Assembly: GCA_038087875.1 (NCBI GenBank)
Contig: CM075991.1
Location: 10,790,001 to 10,854,000 of the forward strand
Length of the DNA stretch: 64,000 nt
Direction of reading: 5' to 3'
Source: Malacoraja senta
Taxonomy: Eukaryota
Shown here piece by piece: positions 1 through 12,574 of this stretch. The notes below the pieces were generated by a model. That model was not told the DNA's origin. It made no database searches and saw only the letters and a program-made list of their open reading frames with translations. Made by a program: the position numbers and the translations under genes. Within the stretch, counting starts at the first letter, position 1. Every line of letters begins with the position of its first letter.

Positions 1-346
1 TGCAGGAAGATTGTTCCCGATGTTGGGGAAGTCCGGAACAAGGGGTCACAGTTTGAGGATAAGGGGGAAGTCTTTTAGGACCGAGATGAGAAAAAAAAAT
101 TCACACAGAGAGTGGTGAATCTGTGGAATTCTCTGCCACAGAGGGTGGTTGAGGCCAGTTCATTGGCTATATTTAAGAGGGAATTAGATGTGGCCCTTGT
201 GGCTAAAGGGATCAGGGGGTATGGAGAGAAGGCAGGTACAGGATACCGAGTTGGATAATCAGCCATGATCATATTGAATGGCGGTGCAGGCTCGAAGGGC
301 CGAATGGCCTACTCCTGCACCTATTTTCTATGTTTCTATGTTTCTA
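1..346 (+). mobile_element. CR1-clade LINE (HER1-like) 3' end
   Basis: Encodes the CR1 ORF2 C-terminus (LFPMLGKSGTRGHSLRIRGKSFRTEMR..RVVNLWNSLPQ), then a 3' UTR hairpin (GGCTCGAAGGGCCGAATGGCCTACTCCTGCACC) and a (TTTCTATG)n tail; near-identical copies recur across the window. Confidence 0.9.
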
Positions 347-456
347 TTGTCATTTGAACGAAATTTGGTTTCTGCAGTCATACAAACAAGACAAAAAACA
401 AGACACGCAATTATTACAATTTACACAAACATCCAGTAACCCGCGGAACTCAAGAT

Positions 457-856
457 TTAATAGCAATCTGAGGGGTAACTTTTCCCCACAAAGTTGACGG
501 TGGGTGTATGGAACAAGCTGCCAGAAAAGGTAGTTGAGGCTGGGACTATCCCAACGTTTAGGAAACAGTTAGACAGATACATGGACAGGCTTGGAGGGAT
601 ATGAACCAAACGCAGGCTGGTGGGACTAGTGTAGCTGGGACATGTTTGCCGGTGTGGGCAAATTGGGCCAAAGGGCCTATTTCCACGCTGTATCACATGA
701 CTCTAGGCGGGACACTTCTCAACAAGTCCCTGAGATTCTAGTGGGAGAGTCTAGGACTAGAGGACATAGCCTCAGAATTAAAGGACTTTCTTTTAGGAAG
801 GAGATAAGGAGAATTTTATTTTAGTCAGAGGGTGGTGAATCTCTGGGATTCTTGGC
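457..856 (+). mobile_element. CR1-clade LINE fragments (second subfamily with SINE-like tail, then a further ORF2 piece)
   Basis: GGTGGGTGTATGGAACAAGCTGCC..GGGCCAAAGGGCCTATTTCCACGCTGTATC, the same tail as the V-SINEs; 737-856 encodes GESRTRGHSLRIKG. Confidence 0.75.
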
Positions 857-1494
857 CAGGATCGATCCTGGGTCTCTGGCGCTGTCAGGCAGTAACTCTA
901 CCGTTGCGCCACCATACCGCCCACATATTAAAATAATCTATTAAACATTATATCCACATTATATCCATATCAAGACCATCTGCAGGTCCTTCCTACACAT
1001 GGCACTGCACTGGAATATTTGGGGGATGGATGCTCCTCATTCATCTTATGTCCGCTCCTGATAATCGGGCTTGAGTTATTGATCAGCATGCAAATATGTC
1101 ATAGCTGCACATCAAGGTTGTGGATCAATGAAACAGACCAATAAGCTTAAGGCATGTGACAATTTAATGATTTATAGCGGCTGCCAATATTTGGCACCGG
1201 GGTAAACATCTGCAAGCCTTCATTAGGCATAGATCTTGCCTGGAGTCTGGTCATTGTAATTTACAGGGGCAGGATATACCATAACTCAGGTCAAAATGCA
1301 ATCTATTTCAGGAGGCTGAGAAATGCCAGCAACAATCTAAGTGGATTAGCATGAATTACTTTTCAAAGCAATTGCCTGTGTTATGGTAGATGTGGGATGG
1401 GAGTACCAGTGCATGAGAGGACAGCCTGTTGCTTCAGGTCCAGTTAGACCAAGCCTGGTGAATGGCAATAATGGACAAGAGTACGAGATTGGTG

Positions 1495-2775
1495 GCAACA
1501 CTGAGTGGGGATGTGGCAGCCACACTGAGTATTGTATGGGAGTAACACTGGGTATTGTATGGTAGTAACTCTGGGTATTGTATGGTAGTAACACTGGGTA
1601 TTGTATGGTAGTAACACTGAATATTGTATGGGAGTAACACTGAGTATTGTATGGTAGTAACATTGAGTAAGAGCATGGTAGCAACACTGAGTATTGTATG
1701 GTAGTAACTGAGTATTGTATGGTAGCAACAATGAGTAATGCTTGGTAGCAACACTGAGTATTGTATGGTAGTAACACTGAGTATTGTATGGTAGCAACAA
1801 TGAATAATGCTTGGTAGCAAACTGAGTATTGTATGGTAGCAACAATGAGTAATGCTTGGTAGCAACACTGAGTATTGTATGGTAGTAACACTGAGTATTG
1901 TATGGTAGCAACAATGAATAATGCTTGGTAGCAAACTGAGTATTGTATGGTAGCAACATTGAGTAAGAGTATGGTAGCAACACTGATTATTGTATGGTAG
2001 TAACACTGAGTATTGTATGGTAGTAACACTGGGTATTGTATAGGAGTAACACTGAGTATTGTATGGTAGCAACATTGAGTAAGAGTATGGTAGCAACACT
2101 GATTATTGTATGGTAGTAACACTGAGTATTGTATGGTAGTAACACTGGGTATTGTATAGGAGTAACACTGAGTATTGTATGGGAGTAACATTGAGTAAGA
2201 GTATGGTAGCAACACTGAGTATTGTATGGTAGTAACACTGAGTATTGTATGGTAGCAACAATGAGTAATGCTTGGTAGCAACACTGAGTATTGTATGGTA
2301 ATAACTGAGTATTGTATGGTAGCAACAATGAATAATGCTTGGTAGCAACACTGAGTATTGTATGGTAGTAACACTGAGTATTGTATGGTAGCAACAATGA
2401 GTAATGCTTGGTAGCAACACTGAGTATTGTATGGTAGCAACAATGAATAATGCTTGGTAGCAACACTGAGTATTGTATGGTAGCAACATTGAGTAAGAGC
2501 ATGGTAGCAACACTGAGTATTGTATGGTAGCAACAATGAGTAATGCTTGGTAGCAACACTCTCAATGTAACAACACTGAGTAGGGATATAGTAGCAAAAC
2601 TGAATGGATGGAAGGTAGCAACACTGAGTAGTATATAGTAGCAACACTGAGTAATGTATGGTAGTAACACTGAGTGGTGTATGGTACCAACACAGAGCAG
2701 TATATGCTAGCAACACTGAATGGGTGGATGGCAGCAACAATGAGTAAGAGCATGGCAGCGATACTGAGATACACA
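1495..2775. repeat. 23/24-bp minisatellite with variant units
   Basis: Interspersed units AGTAACACTGAGTATTGTATGGT, AGCAACAATGAGTAATGCTTGGT and AGCAACATTGAGTAAGAGYATGGT; degenerate at both edges. Confidence 0.95.
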
Positions 2776-2779
2776 ATGA

Positions 2780-2925
2780 GGAAACCGAAGATCTCAGAGA
2801 AAACCCACGCGGTCACGGGGAGAACGTACAAACTTCGAACAGACAGTACCCGTAGTCGGGATCGAACCCGGGTCTCTGGCACCACAAGCGCTGTAAGGCA
2901 GCAACTCTACCGCTGCGCCACCGTG
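2780..2925 (-). mobile_element. HE1-like V-SINE, 5' half
   Basis: Reverse complement gives a tRNA-like head (GCACGGTGGCGCAGCGGTAGAG..GGTTCGATCCC) and V-domain TTTGTACGTTCTCCCCGTGACC. Confidence 0.85.
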
Positions 2926-2973
2926 CGGGCCCTATCCGAGCCTCTCACTACTTTCAATGTGTGAGCGACCTAC

Positions 2974-3183
2974 TGTTAATGTTGGTGCCGTCTGCGGGAG
3001 CAGTGGCCCCGGCACCTCCTTCATCCGTATCGGATCGCTCCTGCCTCTTGGGGTACCACTCCTCCTCCTCGACAGGTTTCCTGTGGCTCGTGGAGAATTT
3101 CCTTCGCCGCTGCTTTCTCCTGTGGCCTTCGGGTGCGGGGATCCGGATACAGAAGTCATTTCGATCTGGACACGGCAGATACT
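2974..3183 (-). CDS. slc4a5: Electrogenic sodium bicarbonate cotransporter (SLC4A4/5 family), N-terminal coding exon
   Basis: Acceptor ctgtatgctcacag, donor ACA|gtaggt, 210 bp, phase 1-1. Translates (E)YLPCPDRNDFCIRIPAPEGHRRKQRRRKFSTSHRKPVEEEEWYPKRQERSDTDEGG..TNIN, resembling the IGVHVPKSYRRRRRH / IGLPVP exon of SLC4A4/5. The paralog call is inference. Confidence 0.7.
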
Positions 3184-3350
3184 CTGTGAGCATACAGGTG
3201 TTGGGGTCAGAATCCTACCTTCACCAAGCCTTCGGGGCACTTGTCAGCTCTTTGACCAGTAGTTTGTAGTTGGTCACGGGTTATGCATCTTCACCACAGT
3301 AAAGATCAGTCCCAATTCATAGCCGGATAATGAGATCTTTTGTTTTATGA

Positions 3351-3364
3351 CCACCAGGGGGCGC
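3351..3364 (+). promoter_or_regulatory. Candidate CTCF site
   Basis: Exact CCACCAGGGGGCGC core consensus; motif match only. Confidence 0.45.
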
Positions 3365-4072
3365 CTCACGATGGCAGCCTTGCCAACAGTCTGTCTGTCT
3401 TTTTTTTGGGGGGGGGTATTTTTAGTTTGTTCTGAAAGTTTGTGTCAATGTTCTCTGGTTTGTTTTATGTGGTGGGTGAGGGAGGGGGTCGGGGGAAACT
3501 ATTTTTCAATCTCTTACCTTGCCGGAGATGCGATTGTTTTCCGGGTGGTATCTCCGGTCGCTCTGCGGCCTAACATCGTGGAGCTGGAGGCCTTGCTCGG
3601 GACTGACTTTGAGCCCCACCGCGGGGACGTGGACTTACCATCGGAGCCTGGGATCGACGCTCCAACCGCGGCCTGCGGATTTCACCGTCGAGGAGCTCGC
3701 AGTCTCGGGTAGAGACCGATGTCGGGAAGCTCCAAATGACGCAGAAGGTTTCAACCCGGGGTCAGAGCGGCCAGCGCGGGGAGCTGACATCCCCCCCGAT
3801 GCACGAGCTTGATCGCCCCGACGCAGAGGGTACGGGAGCCAAGATCGTTCCATCAAGCGAAGGCTCGAGGCCCCTGACCGCGGGTGAACAAAGAAGGAAA
3901 CAGATTGAACTTTTTTTCCATCACAGTGAGGAATATGGAGGAGTCACTGTGGTGGATGTTCATGTTAAAATGTATTTTGTGTGTTCTGTTGCTTTTTAGT
4001 GGTATGACTGTATGGGACATCAAATTCCTCGTATGTTGCAAAACATACTTGGCTAATAAAGTATGATTATGA
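3365..4072 (+). mobile_element. GC-rich non-autonomous retroelement with Rex1-like tail (unclassified)
   Basis: Starts GATGGCAGCC (related head at 8680-8880), has a CpG-rich non-coding body, a hairpin CCATCACAGTGAG..CACTGTGGTGG at 3918-3955, and a tail CAAATTCC..TACTTGGCTAATAAA like the Rex1-type tail at 53770-53810. Confidence 0.6.
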
Positions 4073-4190
4073 AGGGCCTGTTTCCGCGCTGTATCTGTAA
4101 ACTAAACTAAACTAAACCCGGTCGAAGACACCAGTTGATGGAGATGAGAAACGAGCGGAGGACTACTGACGTCTCGTTGCGTTTTCTTAC

Positions 4191-4264
4191 CTTCCTCCTC
4201 TTCATCGTCATACCTCCTCCTGGAATTCCCCATTCCCGGCTCCAGGAACATTTGGTGTTCCATC
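4191..4264 (-). CDS. slc4a5: SLC4A4/5-family exon carrying the canonical start Met
   Basis: Acceptor ttccttcttttcccaatcag, donor GAAG|gtaaga, 74 bp. Encodes MEHQMFLEPGMGNSRRRYDDEEEE, similar in size, phase and pattern to the recalled SLC4A4 [24 protein letters not shown] exon; splices in frame to 3183. Confidence 0.75.
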
Positions 4265-4339
4265 CTGATTGGGAAAAGAAGGAACAGTTGTCCCTTTGCT
4301 AAAGGCAGGCACAATCAGCAAGGTTAATGGAACAATCTT

Positions 4340-4480
4340 CGAAGATGGACACAAAACACTGGAGTAACCCAGCGGGACCGGCAGCATCTGTGGAGGGAAG
4401 GAATGTCCCATGTTTCGGGTCGAGACCCTTCTTCAGACTGAGAGTCAGGGAAGAGGGAAACTAGATAACACATAGAGACA
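4340..4480 (-). mobile_element. Penelope-like element terminal fragment with hammerhead core
   Basis: Minus strand reads TCAGTCTGAAGAAGGGTCTCGACCCGAAAC; same family as the GIY-YIG-linked copy at 59993-60545. Confidence 0.7.
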
Positions 4481-4589
4481 TCCGTTGGACATAAATGAAA
4501 CATGTTACACGTAAAATTATAAAAGAAAGAAGATTCTTCCAAAATAGACATTAGTGCAAAAACATAATTAGTAAAAGCAACGTCTATAG

Positions 4590-5525
4590 TAGGGCTGCAC
4601 GGTGGAGCAGCAGTAACATTGCTGCCTTACAGTGCCAAAGATCTGGGTTCGATCCTGACCTCAGGTGCTGTGGTACAGAGTTTCAACGTTCCCACTGTGA
4701 CCACGTGGGTTTTCTCCTGGTACTCCGGTTTCCTCCCACGTTCCAAAACCCATGGAGGCCCGTTGGTTAATTGGCTTCTGTTAAACTGTCCCTAGTTTGT
4801 AGGGTAGAACCAGTGAAGAAAGCTAATGGAATGTTGGCCTTCATAACAAGAGGATTTCAGTATAGGAGTAGAGAGGTTCTTCTGCAGTTGTATAGGGCTC
4901 TGGTAAGACCACATCTGGAGTATTGCGTACAGTTTTGGTCTCATAATTTGGGGAAGGATATCCTTGTGATTGAGGCAGTGCAGCGTAGGTTCACGAGATT
5001 GATCCCTGGGATGGCGGGACTGTCATATGAGGAAAGATTGAAAAGACTAGGCTTGTATTCACTGGAGTTTAGAAGGATGAGGGGCAATCTTATAGAAACA
5101 TATAAAATTATATAAGGACTGGACAAGCTAGATGCAGGAAAAAATTTCCCAATGTTGGGTGAGTCCAGAACCAGGGGCCACAGTCTTAAAATAAAGGGGA
5201 GGCCATTTAAGACTGAGGTGAGAAAAAACTTTTTCACCCAGAGAGTTGTGAATTTGTGAAATTCCCTGCCACAGAGGGCAGTGGAGGCCAAATCACTGGA
5301 TGGATTTAAGAGAGAGTTAGATGGAGCTCTAGGGGCTAGTGGAATCAAGGGATATGGGGAGAAGGCAGGCACGGGTTATTGATTGGGGATGATCAGCCAT
5401 GATCGCAATGAAGGGCCGAATGGCCTCCTCCTGCAACTATTTTCTATGTTTCTACTATGTTTCTATGTGTACGGGGTGATCGCTGGTTGGCGCGGACTCG
5501 GTGGGTCGAAGGGCTTGTGTCTCCA
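4590..5525 (+). mobile_element. V-SINE split by a CR1 LINE fragment (CR1 at ~4810-5466)
   Basis: SINE head and V-domain at 4590-4808 and SINE tail at 5467-5525 flank CR1 ORF2 (KKANGMLAFITRGFQYRSREVLLQLYRALVRPHLEYCVQFWS). Confidence 0.85.
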
Positions 5526-6130
5526 ACCTCAACGAAACAAAAGGACGTTGTATTGCAAAGGATCTGGGGAGTTTAGAATGAGCTTGGGAAGCAGAACAAG
5601 GTGAGTTAGACAGGAGTGGAAAACAGGGCCCAGGTGAGTAGACAGGAGTGGAAACCAGAGTCCCAGTGAATAAATATTCCTGACATTCCCAGTAAAACAG
5701 GGCTTGAATTTAGTGCTGGCTATTTGTTTCCTGATCCGTATTTTTGAAAACTTGTGACAAACTTCAGAAAGTTCCCCCAACAACAATGTTATACTGACTA
5801 GACTACAATTATTAACTTTAATGCCTGTACATGTCAAAGGAGGGGATAATCATTTTCAACAAGAGCATTTATGAGAGAAAGATGACATCAAAATGAGATG
5901 AGGGATTACTATAATTTATTTGTCGTGCATCTGAATTCTGTTCTGTCTGCCTGGACCTTTGTCAGTTGTGTTGTGATTCATTGTAGCTGCAATTTGTGTC
6001 ATTATCAGCTCAGTTAAAATGACTTGCATTCTCCGGAACATCCATCAGTGGAAGTACTTTTTTATGGGTCAGATCTGCTGACGTGAGAGAGCATACAATG
6101 CATCTCAAGTGAAGTTCTGCAGGGATTAGT

Positions 6131-6460
6131 TATAGAGTCTCGGAGTCATAGGAGCCCAACTTGCCCACTCCGACCAACATGCCCCATCCACACTAGTCCC
6201 ATTTGCTTGCGTTTGGCCCATAACCTGTCCCATCCATGAATCTGTCTAATTGCTTCTTGAATGTTGCGATAGGGTCCGGCCTCAACTACCTCCTCCGGCA
6301 GCTCGTTCCATACACCAACCACCCTTTGTGTGATAGAGTGACCCCTCAGATTCCCATAAAATCTTTCCCCCTTCAACTTAAACCTATGCCTTCTGGTTCA
6401 CAATTCCCCTACTTTGACCAAGAGGCTCTGTGTATCTACCCGATCTATTCCATGATTTCA
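6131..6460 (-). mobile_element. CR1-clade LINE 3' end
   Basis: Minus-strand KGERFYGNLRG..TQRVVGVWNELPEEVVEAG followed by the 3' tail. Confidence 0.8.
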
Positions 6461-6528
6461 CTATATATATATATATATATAACTAAGTCTCATCTTGACC
6501 ACTTCTTGTCTGTGCTGTATATTGATTT

Positions 6529-6728
6529 NNNNNNNNNNNNNNNNNNNNNNNNNNNNNNNNNNNNNNNNNNNNNNNNNNNNNNNNNNNNNNNNNNNNNNNN
6601 NNNNNNNNNNNNNNNNNNNNNNNNNNNNNNNNNNNNNNNNNNNNNNNNNNNNNNNNNNNNNNNNNNNNNNNNNNNNNNNNNNNNNNNNNNNNNNNNNNNN
6701 NNNNNNNNNNNNNNNNNNNNNNNNNNNN
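6529..6728. other. Assembly gap (200 N)
   Basis: Run of N. Confidence 1.
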
Positions 6729-7254
6729 GAGCGAGTACTGGAGGCATTGTGTACAGACACAGTAATGTGTGCAACGATTTGGATCAAGCCTTCATAAACG
6801 ATGTTACAGTTGTGATGACAGCATGGCCTCCTCTCCCTCCTCCGCTCCTTGTACTGCTCGCCAGCCTCCCACAGAATTTAATTCCCTCACCCATGGTATC
6901 ATCTTGATGAAGCTCCCTTGGAGCCTTTCCAATCTCTGCCTTGGACGTGCGCCCAACACACTGGCTGAAACGTGACTTCCTCATCTTGCGATGTATTGCC
7001 CCATTAACAAAGCCAAGGCTTCCTGTACTTGAAGCAATTTAATGGCACAGTTGGAAATACCAGGAGTGTAGTTTGGGTTGAGTGTACTTTGGCATCCCTA
7101 CAGCAATCAGGCTATGAAACACTACAAACTCCATTAAGCTCTCAACTACATAACTACAGAGACCATTATTGTTATTATTGCACTATTATTGATGTTTGTT
7201 TTTTATGTGTACGTATGTGTGCATGTGTGTTTATTTATTTATTTATTAGGGAAG

Positions 7255-7912
<658 letters not shown>

Positions 7913-7915
7913 TTT

Positions 7916-8140
7916 GGAAGATAGACACAAAATGCTGGAGTAACTCAGCGGGACAGGCAGCGTCTCTGGAACGAAGGAATGGGTGACATTTTGGGTCGAG
8001 ACCCTTCTTCAGACTGAAGACTCGTCTCGACCCGAAAAGTTGCCTATTCCTTCTCTCCAGAGATGCTGCCTGTCCCGCTGAGTTACTCCAGCATTTTGTG
8101 TCTATTTTGGGTTTAAACCAGCATCTGCAGTTTCTTCCTA
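7916..8140. mobile_element. Foldback (head-to-head) Penelope hammerhead element
   Basis: Two inverted copies of the PLE terminal unit joined at TCTTCAGACTGAAGA. Confidence 0.8.
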
Positions 8141-8242
8141 TATATATACAGTATATAGTTATTCTTGTTTATTAAATATATATATGCTCGTCCATATAAA
8201 TAAATAAATAAATATACAGATAAATAAATAAATAAATGCGGG

Positions 8243-8245
<3 letters not shown>

Positions 8246-8308
<63 letters not shown>

Positions 8309-8359
8309 GCATGTGTGTGTGTGCGTGTGTGTGTGTGCATGTGTGTGTGTGCGTGTGTG

Positions 8360-8430
<71 letters not shown>

Positions 8431-8451
8431 GTGTGTGCGTGTGCATGTGTG

Positions 8452-8512
<61 letters not shown>

Positions 8513-8544
8513 GCATGTGTGTGTGTGCGTGTGTGTGTGTGCGT

Positions 8545-8581
<37 letters not shown>

Positions 8582-8604
8582 GTGTGTGTGCGTGTGCATG
8601 TGTG

Positions 8605-8636
<32 letters not shown>
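8246..8636. repeat. (TG)n microsatellite with TGCG/TGCA interruptions
   Basis: Direct inspection. Confidence 0.98.
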
Positions 8637-8644
<8 letters not shown>

Positions 8645-8904
8645 GTGTGTATATACCAGCAGGTAGACACCACTGTACGATGGCTGCCTCGCCTACAGTC
8701 TGTCTCGTCTTTTTCCTTCTTTGTGTTTTTTAGTTTGTTGTAAAATGTATGTTTTAGTTTATCGTTAGTTTTGTGATTATGTGGGGGGGGGGGGGGTTGG
8801 GGGGAAACGTTTTTTATCCCTTTCCTCGACAGAGATGCGACTTTTTCCGTGTCATATCTCCGTCCGCACTGCGGCCGGACAAACTCACTCTTCAATGTGA
8901 TGAG

Positions 8905-9335
8905 GGAGGATACCGGAGCACGGTCACAGGGATAAAGTGCAAACTCCACACAGACAGCACCCAGGGTCGGGATTGTCCCTGGGTCTCCGGCGTTGTGAGG
9001 TAGCAACTCTACCAGCTGCGCCAGTGCCACCTACGTTTTTTTTAGTGCAGAGATACAGCACGAAAACAGGCCCTTCAGCCCACCGAGTTGGCACCGACCA
9101 GCTGTCCGCACACACTCACACTATCCTACACACACTCGGGACAATTTACATTTGCACCAAGCCAATTGACCTACAAACCTGTACGTCTTCGGTGGGAGGA
9201 AACCGAAGATCTCGAAGAAAACCCACGCAGGTCACGGGGAGAACGTGCAAACTCCACACAGGCAGCACCCGTAGTCAGGATCGATCCCAGGTCTCTGGCG
9301 CTGTGAGGCAGCAACTCTACCGCTGCGCCACCGTG
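8905..9335 (-). mobile_element. Two HE1-like V-SINEs (partial and near full-length)
   Basis: tRNA-like head, V-domain and CR1-like tail on the minus strand. Confidence 0.85.
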
Positions 9336-9737
9336 TCACCTAAGTGTCTTATACAGAGCATTAAATATTAAACATAACCCATTAAAACTATGAGTAATGA
9401 ATCTCAATAACTGGCCTAGAAGCTGTAATGATGATTGCTCTGGAATAGTCATGCAGCATCCACTTGGATATGAGTGTTAACTTTCTTAAAACGACTAGGT
9501 TAATTAATCTATTAAAGCAGTTATTGTCAGATTTGTACTCTGCGGAAATCATAACTGATTATTAGCACAGCTTACATTTGAGAAGCAGGGGTTGTTATGT
9601 GAGACACATTCTTTCATCTCTTGAACCAAGGGATCAGAATGAAAGATCGCTCAGTCCCTCAAACAGATGAAGGAGCTGTGCTATTTGAGTTTAGCTGTCC
9701 TCCACACATTCCCTCATTGATGCAGGCCCTTAAATAC

Positions 9738-10285
9738 CATTGGGTGTAGTAATTCTGTGGCTAATGGGTGCCATGCTGAGTTATAGGGTGCCATTGGGTA
9801 CAGTGCTAAGACATAGGGTGCCATTGGATGCAATGCAGAGGCATTGGGTGCCATTGGGTGCAGGGCTGAGGCATAGGGTGTCATTGGGAGTAATGCTAAG
9901 ACATAGGATGCCAATGGGTGCCAGGGCTGAGGCATAGGGTGCCGTTACTTGCCAGCCTGAAGCTGAGGGTGCCATTGGATGCAATGCTGAGGCATTGGGT
10001 GCCATTGGGTGCCATTGAGAGTCATGGGTGCCATCGGGTGCCATTGAGAGGCATTGGGTGTCATTGGGTGCCATTGAGAGTCATGGGTGCCATTGAGAGG
10101 CATCAAGTGTCATTGGGTGCAATGCCGAGGCATTGGGTGCCATTGAGTCATGGGTGCCATTGGGTGCCATTGAGAGGCATCAGGTGTCATTGGGTGCCAT
10201 TGAGTCATGGGTGCCATTGGGTGCCATTGAGAGGCATCAGGTGTCATTGGGTGCCATTGAGTCATGGGTGCCATCGGGTGCCATG
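9738..10285. repeat. GGGTGCCATT-based minisatellite (10-bp subunit, ~30-bp blocks)
   Basis: Repeated CATTGGGTGC / CATTGAGAGG / GTCATGGGTG units. Confidence 0.92.
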
Positions 10286-10559
10286 CTGATGCAAGGAAAA
10301 AGAGTTTGATGTTGTGTACATGGATGGAGGCTTCACTATGCAGGAGACAGATGAAGAGTTTGTGTCTCGTGCAGGGAGTCCTTCGCCTGGGATGCCGCAT
10401 GTGAGAGGGTGGTGATAGCAGATTCCCGAATAATTCTCAAGGAAAGGAAGGGGGGGGGGGGCACAGTGGCCCAGCTGGTAGAGAGCTGCCAACTCACAGC
10501 GCCAGAGACACGGGTTCGATCCTGACCTGGGGCGCTGTCTGTGAGCTGCCACTTCACAG

Positions 10560-10870
10560 TATCTTTAGGAAGGAGATGAGGAGGAATTTCTTTACATAGA
10601 GTGGTGAATCTCTGTGGAATTAATTGCCACAGTCGGCGGTGGAGACCAAGTCAGTGGATATTTTTAAGGCAGAGATATAGATGGATTCTTGATGAGTGTA
10701 AGAAGGAACTTCAGATGCTGGTTTAAACCGAAGATTCTTGATTAGGGTGTCAGGGGCTGTGGGGAGAAGGCAGGAGAATGGGGTAAAGGGGAAAAAATAG
10801 TAAGCCATGATTGAGTGGCAGACTAGTCTTGATGGGCCGAATGGCTTTATTCTGCTCCGATCACGTATGA
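10560..10870 (+). mobile_element. CR1-clade LINE 3' end, interrupted by a short PLE piece
   Basis: TTTAGGAAGGAGATGAGGAGGAATTTCTT..GTGGTGAATCT; PLE fragment GAAGGAACTTCAGATGCTGG at ~10700-10733. Confidence 0.7.
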
Positions 10871-11207
10871 TCATGAACTTATAACATAGAACTGGTGCGA
10901 ACGGGTGATCTATGGTCAACAAAGGGCCTGTTTTCACGCTATATCTCTGAACTCCAAACAGATCAATCAGCATGGCAGCCAAGGGGGAGCCAAGGGCAAC
11001 TGAGGGAACAGAAGCTCTTCTCACTTTGAGGTCTCCTGGAACGATTGGGTTTGGGGTGATGCCCTTTATGCTTGGTTGCCCTTGCCTACAGGTTAATGAC
11101 ATTGACAGGGAGTGGATCGATGTTGCCCGAGGCGCCATTAGAGCTAATGCTCTTGTGTGTTGTGCAGCCAGCTCAGTGGAAGCAGAGACTAGTGGTTCCA
11201 CAGCAAA

Positions 11208-11455
11208 TGTGTAGGAAGGAACTGCAGATGCTGGTTGGAACCAAAGATAGACACAAAAAGCTGGGGTAAGTCAGCAGGACAGGCAGCAACTCTGGAGAGA
11301 AGGAATGGGTGACGTTTCGGGTTGAGTCCCTTCTTCAGGTCTCCACCCGAAAACGTCACCCATTCCTTCTAAACCAGCATCTGCAGTCCCTTCCTGCACC
11401 TTCTCTCCAGAGATGCTGCCTGTCCACAGAGTTACTCCAGCTTTTAGAGTCTTTC
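11208..11455. mobile_element. Foldback Penelope hammerhead element
   Basis: Inverted PLE terminal units around 11335-11345. Confidence 0.75.
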
Positions 11456-11657
11456 TTCAGTTGCAGAGCAAAGTTGCAGTGAGCCTGTCTCCATTCCTTC
11501 TGCAACTTTGAATGGGGAAACGCAATCTTAATTCCCTCTGTTATTCATTGTCCTTCACTTGTTCAGCAGGAAAGCAATATCAGCAAGAGGTACCAAAGTG
11601 TGAAAACATCACCAGATGTTGTGCCATCCATAAACCTATTAATCATAACTCCTCCTA

Positions 11658-11960
11658 GGGCGTCAAGGAGGCGCAGTGTTAGAGTTGATGCCTTACAGCG
11701 CTAGAGACCCAGGTTCGATCCTGACTACGGGTGCTGTCTATATGGAGTTCGTACGTTCTCCCCGTGACCTGCGTGGGTTTTCTCCGGGTGCTCCAGTTTC
11801 CTCCCACGCTCCAGACGTACAGGTTTGTAGGTTAATTGGCTTGTTAAAAATTGTAAATTGTCCCTAGTGTGTGTAGGATAGTGTTAGTGTTGGGTGGATA
11901 GTAGGTCGGCACGGACTCGGTGGGCCGAAGGGCCTGCCTCTGCGCTGTATCTCTAATCTA
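11658..11960 (+). mobile_element. HE1-like V-SINE
   Basis: Head GGTTCGATCCTGACTACGG, V-domain, tail GGGCCGAAGGGCCTG..CTGTATCTCTAA. Confidence 0.9.
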
Positions 11961-12239
11961 AAAATTCACGTCCAGATTGTTAATGTACATGATAAATATT
12001 ACCATGGAACATAAAAGGAACTGCAGATACCGGCTGATAATAAAAAGACACATAGTGATCAACGGGTCCAGCAGGTGAACATGGATAGGTGTTGTTTCGA
12101 GTTGAGAACTTCTTGCGAAAAAGCTCCTGAATTCTGGTCCCGACCCGAAAGGACACCTATCCATGTTCTCCTGACCCGCTGAGTTACTCCAGCCCTGTGC
12201 GTCCTTCTTTGAACAAACATGTTTCCGTTCCCAGTGTCA

Positions 12240-12530
12240 CTGACGCCCAACACAAAAAACCTTCCATCACTCTCTGCATCCTGTTTTAGATCCAATTTGC
12301 CAACATGCCTTTGAACACAAAGGATCTGATACTTTGTATTAATCTCGCCTGTAAGAACTTATCCAAGGCCTGACTGAAGAGAATGTTAACGATATTAACC
12401 GCACTGCCCTTGTCAATACACTTTGTAACTACTTCAATAAAAAAAATCATCCAAATCGGCCAAACAGCATGTTTGCCGAACAAAAGCACGCCAACTATCT
12501 TGGACTAACCCACTTCCTTCCAAATGTGAA
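12240..12530 (-). mobile_element. Old degenerate CR1 reverse transcriptase fragment
   Basis: VVTKCIDKGSAVNIV..FSQALDKFLQARLI resembles the RT motif VTxxxDxGxxVDVVYLDFxKAFDKVPHxRL. Confidence 0.6.
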
Positions 12531-12574
12531 TTAATCCTCTTCTTCTGGACTTCTTCTAGACTCAGGAATCAATA

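Noticed and set aside
1495..2775. CRISPR-like array, or long ORFs (e.g. 1346-2776)
   Set aside because: There are no unique spacers and no cas genes, and the context is vertebrate; the ORFs are translations of a tandem repeat.
6892..6965. Candidate 74-bp minus-strand exon
   Set aside because: The peptide (LERLQGSFIKMIP) looks like decayed CR1 ORF2 and is not needed for the slc4a frame.
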